Assembly: GCA_947591785.1 (NCBI GenBank)
Contig: CANQDK010000008.1
Coordinates: forward strand, 8,619 to 72,618
Direction of reading: 5' to 3'
From: an uncultured Clostridia bacterium
GTDB taxonomy: Bacteria > Bacillota > Clostridia > Christensenellales > UBA1242
Length of the DNA: 64,000 nt
In this document: positions 19,048-27,925 of the stretch, piece by piece
Layout: every line of letters begins with the position of its first letter
How positions within the stretch are numbered: the stretch's first letter is position 1
Position numbers and translations under genes: made by a program
Notes under the pieces: generated by a model
What the model was told of the DNA's origin: nothing
Seen by the model: only the letters and a program-made list of their open reading frames with translations
Databases searched by the model: none

Positions 19048-20625
19048 TTATTCTTCAAATAATTTTGAATTTAAAAATACAGGTTCGCAAGTGATATTGA
19101 TGCCAAGTTTTTTTAGTGTCTGTTCTTCGGCATGTGAAAGAATATAGGTGCAGTGAGCATTACAGCCGTGTAAATTCTTTATTTGATTCATAGCTTCTTT
19201 TGCTTTTTTGTTCTTTCTTGTGCAAATTGAAAGTGCAACTAAAACATCGTCTAAGGTTAATACACTGCTGTTTGAACCTAAAATTTTTGTGCGATATTCA
19301 ACAATAGGCAACAAAATGTCGTCTGTGATTATGTCAAAATCATCTCCAAGTCCTGCCAGGGTGCGTAAAGCATTCAAAACCACCGCGGCTGATGCAGAAA
19401 CAATTTGTTTTGTTTTTCCTGTTACAATTTGTCCGTTTGGAAGTTCTAGTGCAACACATGGATATCCACTTTCCTTTGAAGTGTTTTTTGCCATGTCAAT
19501 AACATTTGCAAGAGTTTCTTTTGCATCGGCTTCTGTGACAAGTGATTTGTTGCGTTCAAGTGTCTCAAATGTGCATTGTCCAAGTTTATAGTCACATTCT
19601 GCACGATAATATCTTCTTAAAATTTCCTTTCTTGCTGAAAGGCAGGCGAGTTTGTCATCAATAATTGCGTTGCCAACCATATTTACACCCATATCAGTTG
19701 GAGATTTGTATATCTCTTTTCCTGTGATTTTTGTGAGAATATTGTGTAACACTGGAAATACCGCAATATCTCTATTGTAGTTGATTGTAAGTTTGCCATA
19801 AGCGTTAAAGTGGAATGGGTCAATTTGATTTACATCGTATAAGTCAGCAGTTGCAGCCTCATAGGCAATATTAACAGGGTGTTTTAAAGGTAAATTCCAA
19901 ACTGGAAATGTTTCAAATTTTGCATATCCTGCTTTAACGCCACGCTTATATTCATGGTATAACTGGCTTAAACAAGTTGCAAGTTTTCCACTTGATGGGC
20001 CTGGTGCAGTGACGATAACAAGAGGCCTTGTTGTTTCTACAAATGGGTTTGCACCATATCCTTCGTCAGACACGATTGTTTCAACATCATTTGGATAACC
20101 TTTGGTGTAGTGATGGAAATAGACTCTTTCTCCACGTTGTTCCAATTTCTTTCCAAATTTTATGGCACTTGGTTGTCCTTTGAAAAGAGTGATAACAAAA
20201 GCTGATATGTAAAGTCCAAGTTCACGCATATTGTCAACAAGTCGTAGAACTTCATCTGCATAACTAAGTCCAAGGTCAGCACGAATTTTGTTTTTCTCAA
20301 TGTCATTCGAGCTTATGCAAAAAATAATTTCTGCCTTGTCTTTCAATTTTTGTAAGAGCTTTGTCTTAATGTTTGGGTCATAACCAGGCAGGACTCGGGC
20401 TGCATGAAGGTCATCAAAAATTTTTCCTCCAAATTCAAGATAAAGTTTGTTATTGAATTTCCTTATTCTTTTGTTTATATTTTCGCTTTGAAGTTTTAAA
20501 TAAAGCTTATTGTCAAAACAGATGTTTTTTGGTTTTGACTTGTTATCAGTGTTTTTTTCTTTATTTTTTGTTGTGCTTGATTTTGTAGTTTTGTTTGGTT
20601 TGGTTTTGTTATCTTCTTTTTTCAT
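19048..20625 (-). CDS. UPF0371/DUF1846 family protein with a Lys/Asn-rich N-terminal extension
   Basis: KLYLEFGGKIFDDLHAARVLPGYDPNIK, VTAPGPSSGKLATC and YAKFETFPVWNLPLKHPVNIAYEAATADL match the UPF0371 family almost throughout. Confidence 0.85.
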   Translation of the reverse strand: MKKEDNKTKPNKTTKSSTTKNKEKNTDNKSKPKNICFDNKLYLKLQSENINKRIRKFNNKLYLEFGGKIFDDLHAARVLPGYDPNIKTKLLQKLKDKAEIIFCISSNDIEKNKIRADLGLSYADEVLRLVDNMRELGLYISAFVITLFKGQPSAIKFGKKLEQRGERVYFHHYTKGYPNDVETIVSDEGYGANPFVETTRPLVIVTAPGPSSGKLATCLSQLYHEYKRGVKAGYAKFETFPVWNLPLKHPVNIAYEAATADLYDVNQIDPFHFNAYGKLTINYNRDIAVFPVLHNILTKITGKEIYKSPTDMGVNMVGNAIIDDKLACLSARKEILRRYYRAECDYKLGQCTFETLERNKSLVTEADAKETLANVIDMAKNTSKESGYPCVALELPNGQIVTGKTKQIVSASAAVVLNALRTLAGLGDDFDIITDDILLPIVEYRTKILGSNSSVLTLDDVLVALSICTRKNKKAKEAMNQIKNLHGCNAHCTYILSHAEEQTLKKLGINITCEPVFLNSKLFEE

Positions 20626-20713
20626 TTTAACTCCTTATTTAATAATAATTTTAACTCATTTTTTTTGAAATTCATAACGAATTTATAAAAAATATAAAAA
20701 ATAAAAATTTTCT

Positions 20714-20743
20714 TTGTTTTTATTCTTTCTATTGTGTTATAAT
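20714..20743 (+). promoter_or_regulatory. Extended -10 promoter placed for a leaderless transcript
   Basis: TTGTTT-18 nt-TGTTATAAT, with the TATAAT at 20738-20743. ATG 20750 lies 6 nt downstream and there is no SD. Confidence 0.45.
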
Positions 20744-20749
20744 CATACT

Positions 20750-21969
20750 ATGAAGATTTTGATTTTACCGTTACGGCAGGAAACGGACATAACTCAGCGG
20801 CAAATACCTTGAAAATTCGTCTTAACAAAGAAGGGCATGAAGTTAAGGTTGTTGATATTGTAAAAGAATATTCAACCAAACTCCAAACATGGTTGATTGA
20901 TAGGGGTTATGGGCTTTCTGTCGATTTGTTAAGGCCAATCTATGACTTTTTTTATAATAAATATCTTAAATCAAATCCTAAAAAAGCACATCTTTGTCCA
21001 TCACAGATAACTGTGAAAAATGTTTATGGAAACCTTTTAAAAGAAATTTATGAGTTTAAGCCTGATGTCATATTTGGGACATCATTCTATTGTGGTATGG
21101 CTTTGACAAATCTAAGAAGAGTCTATAAACTGCCAAGTGTGAATATTGTATGTATGTTGGATTATGTTGTATCTCCGTTCTGGGAAGCATCGGTTGGTGG
21201 TGCTGACTATATGACAATTACAAATGAAGATTTCAGGGAAACTTTAATTGGAAAGGGGTTTAAAGAAGAAAATCTTATTTGCACTGGAATTCCAATTAAA
21301 TCTGATTTTAATGATTTTATAAGTAAATCAGAAGCAAGAGAAAAATTGGGTTTAGACAAAAATCTGTTTACAATATTAATTTTTTATGGTGGTGGAACTT
21401 TTCATGGCGGATATAAAGTTTTGAAAACAATCTTAAAGAATGTTAAAGATAAAATCCAAATTGTTATGGTAAATGGAAAAGATGAGAAAACGAAGCAAAA
21501 AATTGATAAAGAAATGTCAAAATATCCTAAAAATATATTCCTAAAAAATATCGGCTTTTCCAAAGAAATAAATCTGATTATGAGTGCAAGTGATGTTATG
21601 ATTGGAAAGGGTGGGGGACTTTGCATGACTGAGTGTATAAATAAGGGACTTCCACTTTTGGCATCAGAAAAAGTTCCTGGGCAAGAATTTTATAATGTTA
21701 GATATTTGAAAGAAAAAGGTGTTGGGTTGAGTTTTAATTCAAGAAAAGAATTGATTGCAAAGATTTTGAAACTTAAAAATAATCCAAAATTATTAAAGGA
21801 AATGGGTGACAAACTTAAAACAATTAGTATGAATGGCTGTGAAGAAATTTACAGATTGATTATCTCACAGAAACCTGCAGATTATTCTCAAATTAATACA
21901 AATATAGATTATAGTAAAGTTAATAAGATAGTAAACAAAGCAAGAAAAAAGAATGTTACGGTTGTTTAA
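20750..21969 (+). pseudogene. GT28 / MGDG-synthase-like diacylglycerol glycosyltransferase (UgtP-like), interrupted by a 1-nt frameshift after codon 6
   Basis: ATG 20750 encodes MKILIL and then stops at 20810-20812. The frame shifted by -1 reads TVTAGNGHNSAANTLKIRLNKEGHEV and continues into the 20809..21969 ORF. The conserved Gly-rich N-terminal loop (G-N-G-H) therefore lies upstream of any start codon in its own frame. The C-terminal GKGGGLCMTECINKGLPLL is GT28-like. Confidence 0.7.
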
Positions 21970-22015
21970 TTGATTTGTTTGAATTATATTTCAAATTTTT
22001 AACACAATAAGTGAT

Positions 22016-22561
22016 ATGAATGGAGTAGTATCACTTTATTTTTTAATACCTGCTTTTGTTATTTTAGTATTGATTTTTCCAGTTTTTGCAGAAGTGAGAG
22101 TGTCTTTCAATCCGCTTTTTAACAGGGGTGTGATTGCACTTTTTATGTTTAAGTTTAAGGTGCTTTATTTTATTTTTTCTTTTCATGGCAAGTATATTGA
22201 ATTACAAAATGAAAAGGAAACCAAAAGGCAAAAATTGGAATTTTCCAGCCCTCAGTTTGCTGTTATGGAAGAGTTTACAAAGCAAATTAAAGATAAATTG
22301 AGATTGAAAAATTTGCTTTTGTTTTATAATATTGGCACAGGCGATGCCTTCTCAAGTGCGATGCTTTGTGGACTTATAAATCAACTTGTAACCAATTTTT
22401 TTCTTAGGTTGAAGGATAAAAAACCAACGGCTTCTTGCTGTGTTTATGACACTGTTTCTTACAATAAAACTATGTGCGAAATTGCTGGGAGAGTTGAGAT
22501 TTCTATATCTCTTTTTGATTTTGCATACTCGTTTTTGATTGCATTAATAAAAAATTCTTAA
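22016..22561 (+). CDS. YtfI-like sporulation membrane protein (DUF2953)
   Basis: N-terminal TM segment. NIGTGDAFSSAMLCG matches the GTGDAASTG core of DUF2953. It is located directly upstream of ytfJ, as in Bacillus. Confidence 0.6.
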   Translation: MNGVVSLYFLIPAFVILVLIFPVFAEVRVSFNPLFNRGVIALFMFKFKVLYFIFSFHGKYIELQNEKETKRQKLEFSSPQFAVMEEFTKQIKDKLRLKNLLLFYNIGTGDAFSSAMLCGLINQLVTNFFLRLKDKKPTASCCVYDTVSYNKTMCEIAGRVEISISLFDFAYSFLIALIKNS

Positions 22562-22680
22562 CAAAAAAAGCTTGCTTTTTGTTAAGTTTTAAAATGGGAA
22601 AATTGTGAATTTTTAAAAGTTTTTGTAAATTTTAAATGCTTTAAAAGTATAAAATTTATAAGTAAATCACACAACTATGA

Positions 22681-22726
22681 GTGTATTATGCAATATACTA
22701 CACAATATGTGGTGTATTATGCAATG
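22681..22726 (+). repeat. Copy A of a short intergenic element (two GTGTATTATGCA words flanking ATACTACACAA)
   Basis: GTGTATTATGCA at 22681-22692 and 22712-22723, and ATACTACACAA at 22695-22705. An inverted copy lies at 47458-47508. Confidence 0.7.
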
Positions 22727-22741
22727 TTTTGGAGGGATTAT

Positions 22742-23281
22742 ATGAAAGTTTATGGAAATTCAACTTCAATCAACGACTTAATTTCAAGTGCAATGGACAA
22801 GCTTAAAACAATTGTTGACAGTAGCACAATTATTGGTGACAGCATTATGACACCAGAAGGTGTGACAATCATTCCTATCTCAAAAGTTACTGTTGGATTT
22901 GTTGTTGGCGGTGGAGAATATGCAGATCTTTCTTCAAGGAGAGTCTCAAATCATTTTCCTATGACGGGAGGTTCAAGCGGTGGTATGAGTGTTTCTCCTG
23001 TTGGATTTTTGATTTTGCAATCTGATGGTGAAGTGGATTTTGTTAATGTTGAAAACAAATCTCTTTATCAAACCGTTTTGAATATGTTTAATTCAATTCT
23101 TGAAAAAATTCAAAAAAAATCAAATTGTTCTTGTGATGATACACAAGATGAAAAATCTGAGAATGGTGACGAGCAAAATGAAAGCGAAGTTGATGAAGAA
23201 GATTTGAAAGGACATGCAAAAAAATTTGCTGAGAAAAAACAAAAAAAGAGTTTTTTTGAGGACGAAGAAGATGAACAATAA
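22742..23281 (+). CDS. ytfJ: Sporulation protein YtfJ/GerW with an acidic C-terminal tail
   Basis: TIIGDSIMTPEGVTIIPISKVTVGFVVGGGEY...GGSSGGMSVSPVGFLIL is the GerW pattern. ATG 22742 follows GGAGGG. Confidence 0.8.
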   Translation: MKVYGNSTSINDLISSAMDKLKTIVDSSTIIGDSIMTPEGVTIIPISKVTVGFVVGGGEYADLSSRRVSNHFPMTGGSSGGMSVSPVGFLILQSDGEVDFVNVENKSLYQTVLNMFNSILEKIQKKSNCSCDDTQDEKSENGDEQNESEVDEEDLKGHAKKFAEKKQKKSFFEDEEDEQ

Positions 23282-24458
23282 AAAAAACTTCTCTCACAAA
23301 TTTAAAACTTTATTTTTCTCTGTTGGTGCAATTTTGTTGAGTTTTTGTTTTGTTTTTCTCTGTGTTTCAAATTTTTTGATTTTCAATGAAGTTGATGCAA
23401 TAAATCTTACTTGTTCTGCAAAGGCAAGTGCAGTTATTGAAGCGACAACAAAGAGAGTCCTTTTTTCTCATAATGAAAACATGAAGCTTCCAATGGCAAG
23501 CACAACCAAAATTATGACTGCCATAACAGCTATTGAAAATTGCAAAGATTTAGATGAAAAGTTTGAGATTTCACCAAAGGCAGTCGGAGTTCCTGGAACT
23601 TCGTTATACTTGAGAAAGGGGGACACATATTCAACAAGAGATTTGCTTTATGCTTTGATGCTTATTTCAGGGAATGATGCTTCTGTTGCAATTGCTGAAC
23701 ATATTGCTGGTTCGACAAGTGAATTTGTGACTATGATGAATGATACTGCTCGTAAGATTGGTGTTAAAAACACTCATTTTGCAAACACGCATGGGCTTGA
23801 TGCAGATGGACATTATACAACCGCCTATGATTTGGCTTGCATAACGGCTTATGCTCTCGAAAATGATGTTTTTAGAGAAATTGTTGGAACTAAAAATATC
23901 AAAATTGAAAATGGTAATGGTGATGAAAAATATTTGCGAAACAAAAACAAACTTCTCCACACTCTTGAAGGTTGTATTGGTGTTAAAACGGGCTATACCG
24001 ATGATGCTGGGAGATGTTTGGTTTCCGCAATTGAAAAAAACGGAATTAGGCTTGTTTGTGTTGTGCTAAATTGTGGGCCAATGTTCCCTGAAAGTGAAAA
24101 AATGCTTAGTGAGTGTGCAAGCAAGTTTTCCCTCTATGATTTAACCACTCTCTACGATTTTCAAACCCAAATTCCTGTTCTTAACGGACATGATACTTTT
24201 GCAAAAATTGGAACTGCTGGACATTTTGTTTATCCTCTTACAGAAAATGAACTTTCACGTTTAAAATTTGTCTATACTGTTCCTGATAATCTTCCTGCTC
24301 CGCTTCCAAAATGTTGTGAAGTTGGAAAAGTGGAAATATTTTTAGATAATAACTTGCTTTTTTGTGAAAAAATCTTTACAATGAATGATATAAAACCAAA
24401 ATCTATCGTGCAAAGAATGAGAGATTTTTTCCGAGAATGGAATATTGAAAATTTGTAA
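23271..24458 (+). CDS. D-alanyl-D-alanine carboxypeptidase (serine-type, DacB-like)
   Basis: SxxK (ASTTK), SxN (SGND) and KTG (KTGYT) motifs. Signal/TM segment after ATG 23271, which overlaps the ytfJ stop. Confidence 0.85.
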   Translation: MNNKKNFSHKFKTLFFSVGAILLSFCFVFLCVSNFLIFNEVDAINLTCSAKASAVIEATTKRVLFSHNENMKLPMASTTKIMTAITAIENCKDLDEKFEISPKAVGVPGTSLYLRKGDTYSTRDLLYALMLISGNDASVAIAEHIAGSTSEFVTMMNDTARKIGVKNTHFANTHGLDADGHYTTAYDLACITAYALENDVFREIVGTKNIKIENGNGDEKYLRNKNKLLHTLEGCIGVKTGYTDDAGRCLVSAIEKNGIRLVCVVLNCGPMFPESEKMLSECASKFSLYDLTTLYDFQTQIPVLNGHDTFAKIGTAGHFVYPLTENELSRLKFVYTVPDNLPAPLPKCCEVGKVEIFLDNNLLFCEKIFTMNDIKPKSIVQRMRDFFREWNIENL

Positions 24459-24562
24459 AACTAAAATTTAGTTTTTTCGCGTTTATGTCTTGTTTTACAA
24501 ATTGTATCCTAATTTTTATTTTTCAGCAACTCATTCAAATGAAAATAAACTTAAAATTAAAG

Positions 24563-24625
24563 TCCTCTTAATTTGTGCAGTAGATTTTGCAGTAAATTTT
24601 TGTAAGAAATTAAGAGGATTTTTTT
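24563..24625 (+). promoter_or_regulatory. SD-sequestering, terminator-like hairpin in the rluB leader
   Basis: Perfect 12-bp stem TCCTCTTAATTT (24563-24574) / AAATTAAGAGGA (24607-24618). The 32-nt loop contains the tandem repeat TGCAGTAGATTT TGCAGTAAATTT. It is followed by T7 and then ATG 24626. Confidence 0.6.
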
Positions 24626-25327
24626 ATGAGATTAAACAAATTTCTAAGTTCGAGCGGTGTGGCTTCAAGAAGAAAATGTGACGAAATTATACGTTCAGGC
24701 AAGGTTTTTGTCAATGGCGAAGTGGCAACACTTGGAACCGAAATAAATGAAAAAAAAGATGTTGTAACAATTGATGGCGTGCGTGTGAAACTTCCATCTA
24801 ATTTTGTCTATTTGAAACTCAACAAACCAAAGGGTTATGCTTGCACAGCAAGTGACGAAAAGGGGAGAAAGACTATTTTTAATCTTGTTGATTCAAAAGT
24901 GAGGCTTTTTAGTGTGGGCAGGCTCGATTACAACACAGAGGGACTTATTCTCCTTACTAATGATGGTGAATTTGCAAATCTGGTTATGCATCCTCGTTTC
25001 CATTTTGAAAAAGAATATCATGTCACAGTCGAAGGTGAAGTTAAGGAAAGTGAGTTGGCTGTTTTAAGAAATGGAGTGGTTGAAAATGGAATACGTATGC
25101 CCAAAGCAAAAGTTAAGTTTCTTGAATATGATGGAAAAAACACAAAACTCTCTGTTGTGATTGAAGAAGGGCAAAATCATCAAGTTAGAAGAATGTTTGA
25201 TGCAATTGGAAAAGTGATTGTTCTTTTGAAAAGAGTTAGAATTGGCATGGTTAAACTGGGAGGCCTTTCTCGTGGAAAAACAAAACCTATGTCACAAGAA
25301 GAGATTGCTTCCTTTATGGAGGAATAA
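24626..25327 (+). CDS. rluB: Pseudouridine synthase, RsuA/RluB family (S4 domain + catalytic domain)
   Basis: MRLNKFLSSSGVASRRKCDEII (S4 domain) and GRLDYNTEGLILLTNDGE (catalytic Asp motif). Confidence 0.85.
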   Translation: MRLNKFLSSSGVASRRKCDEIIRSGKVFVNGEVATLGTEINEKKDVVTIDGVRVKLPSNFVYLKLNKPKGYACTASDEKGRKTIFNLVDSKVRLFSVGRLDYNTEGLILLTNDGEFANLVMHPRFHFEKEYHVTVEGEVKESELAVLRNGVVENGIRMPKAKVKFLEYDGKNTKLSVVIEEGQNHQVRRMFDAIGKVIVLLKRVRIGMVKLGGLSRGKTKPMSQEEIASFMEE

Positions 25328-26610
25328 TGAAAATTGCTGTTGTTGGTGCTGGTGCTTCAGGGCTTTTTGTTGCTGGTTGTTTGGCTAGAAATGGACATTC
25401 CGTCATTGTCTTTGATGGCAACGAAAAAGCAGGAAAAAAGATTTATATAACTGGAAAAGGAAGATGCAATTTAACCAATCTTTGCTCTCCAGATGATTTT
25501 CTGCAAAATGTTGTTCGTGGGGATAAGTTTTTACGCAGTGCAATATACAATTTCACTAGTCAAGATGCTGTGGATTTTTTTGAAAATTTGGGTTTGAAAA
25601 CCAAAGTTGAAAGAGGAAATCGAGTTTTTCCTTTGAGTGATAAGGCCAGCGATGTTACAAAAGTTCTGGAAAACAATCTTTGCAAAGGCGTTGAATTTAG
25701 ATATAATGAAAAAGTTTTGTCAATTGACGTTAAGAAATCGCAAACAAATTCATTTTTAAAAGAATGTGATTGCTCAAAAGATTTAGAAAAGAGTTCTTAT
25801 GAAGAAACTTCTCAACAAAACATATTTGTCATTAAAACTTGTAATGGAGATTTTTTGTTTGACAGGGTTGTTGTTGCAACAGGGGGAAAGAGTTATTCTT
25901 TGACTGGAAGCACTGGCGATGGTTATAAATTTGCAAAAAATTTTGGGCATAACATAGTTCCAATCAAGTCATCACTTTGTGCTATAAAGTTGAAAGATGA
26001 CTTCATTCAAAAATTGCAAGGAATTTCCTTGAAAAATGTTTCACTTCATTGTGATGTTGATGGAAAGAAGTTGTCTTATTTTGGAGAAATGCTTTTTACG
26101 GATAAAGGAATTTCTGGGCCAATTGTTTTGACACTTTCAAGCAAAATTAATCGTGCAAAGAAAGTTGATTTATGGCTTGACTTTAAACCTGCATTAGATG
26201 AGAAACAATTGGAACAAAGACTTCTTCGTGACTTTGAAGATAACAAAAATAAAGATATTGAAAAAGTCTTTTTAGGACTTTTTCCTAAGGCTGTTGCCGA
26301 AATTTTTGCAAATGTTGTTGGACTTGAAAAAAGGAAAGTTAACAGTATTAAAAAAGAAGAACGTGCAAAAATTGTCAGCACTATAAAAAAATTTCCACTT
26401 CATTTTGATGGGTTGTATGATATTGAAACAGCTGTTGTTACAAGTGGTGGTGTGGATACCGCAGAAATAAATCCAAAAACTTTTGAAAGTAAAAAAGTTA
26501 AGGGTTTATATTTTGTGGGGGAAGTTCTTGATGTTGATGCACTAACGGGAGGGTTTAATTTACAAATCGCCTGGGCAACAGCATTTTCTTGTGCAAAAAA
26601 TATGAAATGA
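25327..26610 (+). CDS. HI0933/YhiN-family NAD(FAD)-dependent flavoprotein
   Basis: VVGAGASGLF dinucleotide fold, ITGKGRCNLTN and the C-terminal GGFNLQIAWATAF. Confidence 0.8.
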   Translation: MKIAVVGAGASGLFVAGCLARNGHSVIVFDGNEKAGKKIYITGKGRCNLTNLCSPDDFLQNVVRGDKFLRSAIYNFTSQDAVDFFENLGLKTKVERGNRVFPLSDKASDVTKVLENNLCKGVEFRYNEKVLSIDVKKSQTNSFLKECDCSKDLEKSSYEETSQQNIFVIKTCNGDFLFDRVVVATGGKSYSLTGSTGDGYKFAKNFGHNIVPIKSSLCAIKLKDDFIQKLQGISLKNVSLHCDVDGKKLSYFGEMLFTDKGISGPIVLTLSSKINRAKKVDLWLDFKPALDEKQLEQRLLRDFEDNKNKDIEKVFLGLFPKAVAEIFANVVGLEKRKVNSIKKEERAKIVSTIKKFPLHFDGLYDIETAVVTSGGVDTAEINPKTFESKKVKGLYFVGEVLDVDALTGGFNLQIAWATAFSCAKNMK

Positions 26611-26652
26611 AATTGAGTTTTAATTCATTAAATAGTTTAAGGAGTGAAAAAT

Positions 26653-27279
26653 ATGTTCTATCAAATTGCAAGAATTTTATGTTGGTTGCCTCTTTCAATT
26701 CTGCATCCAACAAAAATATATGGAAAGGAAAATATACCAAAAGGCAAAGCGATTTTGTCATGTAATCATCGCTCAAATTGGGATATTGTTTTGTGGCTTT
26801 TGCATACGAAAAGACGCAACAAAATTCTGGCAAAGAAGGAACTTTTTCAAAAGAAATTTTTGGGAAAAATTCTGCACTATCTTGGCGGAATTGAAATTGA
26901 TAGAAATGGAAATGATATTAGTGCAATTAAAAATTGTATAAGAGCATTAAAAGAGGAAAATTTGCTTTTTATTTTTCCTGAAGGAACAAGACTCCATGAC
27001 GAAAGCCAAATTCTAGGAGAAATTAAAAGCGGAATGGCAATGATTGCTATAAGAACAAAAACTCCAATCATTCCAATTTGGATTGAAAGAAAACCAAAAA
27101 TTTTCAGACTGAGCAGGTATTTCATTGGAAAACCTTTTGAACTTTCTGACTTCTATGATAAAAAACTTGATGAACAAACTCTTGAAAAAGCTAATCAGGT
27201 TGTGCGTGAAAAAATGCTGGAAGTTAGAGAGCAAAATTTAAAGGTTTCAAAGAAAAAAACAAAAAAGCAAATAAAATGA
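26653..27279 (+). CDS. plsC: 1-acyl-sn-glycerol-3-phosphate acyltransferase
   Basis: NHRSNWD (HX4D) and FPEGTR motifs. ATG 26653 follows AAGGAG. Confidence 0.85.
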   Translation: MFYQIARILCWLPLSILHPTKIYGKENIPKGKAILSCNHRSNWDIVLWLLHTKRRNKILAKKELFQKKFLGKILHYLGGIEIDRNGNDISAIKNCIRALKEENLLFIFPEGTRLHDESQILGEIKSGMAMIAIRTKTPIIPIWIERKPKIFRLSRYFIGKPFELSDFYDKKLDEQTLEKANQVVREKMLEVREQNLKVSKKKTKKQIK

Positions 27280-27421
27280 CATATTCAAATTGAAATTCAA
27301 TGCTTGAATTTGATATGACATACACTTTAATAGGTGTAAATCGCGTGGGAATTGGCAATTAAAATTTGATTTATGAAAATAAATACACAATAAAAAAGAA
27401 GCCTAAATTAGACTCCTATTT

Positions 27422-27790
27422 TTATTTTGTTTTTTCATAATTGTTGTTTTTGTTAGAATTAGAAGAAACATTGCTTCCTAAATTTTCCTTTTTAGCCTTA
27501 ACCTTTGGCAAAAAAGCAGGTTTAAGTTCATTTGGAATATGGATTGCTTTGACTGTCAATTCAGCCTTATTGTTTGTCCATTTTACATCAACATCAACAC
27601 ATTCACGCAAAATACTTCTAAGAAGGCCTGCATACCCACTTGATTTGCGAGTGCTTTCAATCTTATGCACAATACCATTCGCTAAATTTTCATGTTTTTT
27701 GTCGGAATTGCGAAATTTTAGGGCAAGATAATAGTCTTGCAGTGAAAAACCATTATTATTCATTTGTGAAAATTTTGTTTTTTTATTCAT
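27422..27790 (-). CDS. Hypothetical protein (122 aa), no recognisable domain
   Basis: An ORF with no competing gene. It is convergent with plsC and divergent from the S1 gene. The C-terminus is Lys/Asn-rich. Confidence 0.4.
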   Translation of the reverse strand: MNKKTKFSQMNNNGFSLQDYYLALKFRNSDKKHENLANGIVHKIESTRKSSGYAGLLRSILRECVDVDVKWTNNKAELTVKAIHIPNELKPAFLPKVKAKKENLGSNVSSNSNKNNNYEKTK

Positions 27791-27925
27791 AATGTCATTA
27801 TATCATATTTTTGGGGATTGTCAATAGGTTATAGAAAAAATTTTATTGTCGAAACTACTCTTTTGTTTGACAACACTCACTATTTTTTGTTATGATTATA
27901 TCAAATAATTCTTTTGGGTGACTTT

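Noticed and set aside
20750-20815. Programmed -1 ribosomal frameshift in the GT28 gene.
   Set aside because: There is no canonical X XXY YYZ slippery heptamer and no downstream stem-loop or pseudoknot. A second gene in the window is also broken at a homopolymer. A simple 1-nt indel, real or technical, is the more economical explanation.
24490-24681. 63-codon ORF spanning the dacB-rluB spacer and the rluB start.
   Set aside because: It runs through the 12-bp hairpin and overlaps the rluB start in another frame. It has no SD, and its product has no motif.
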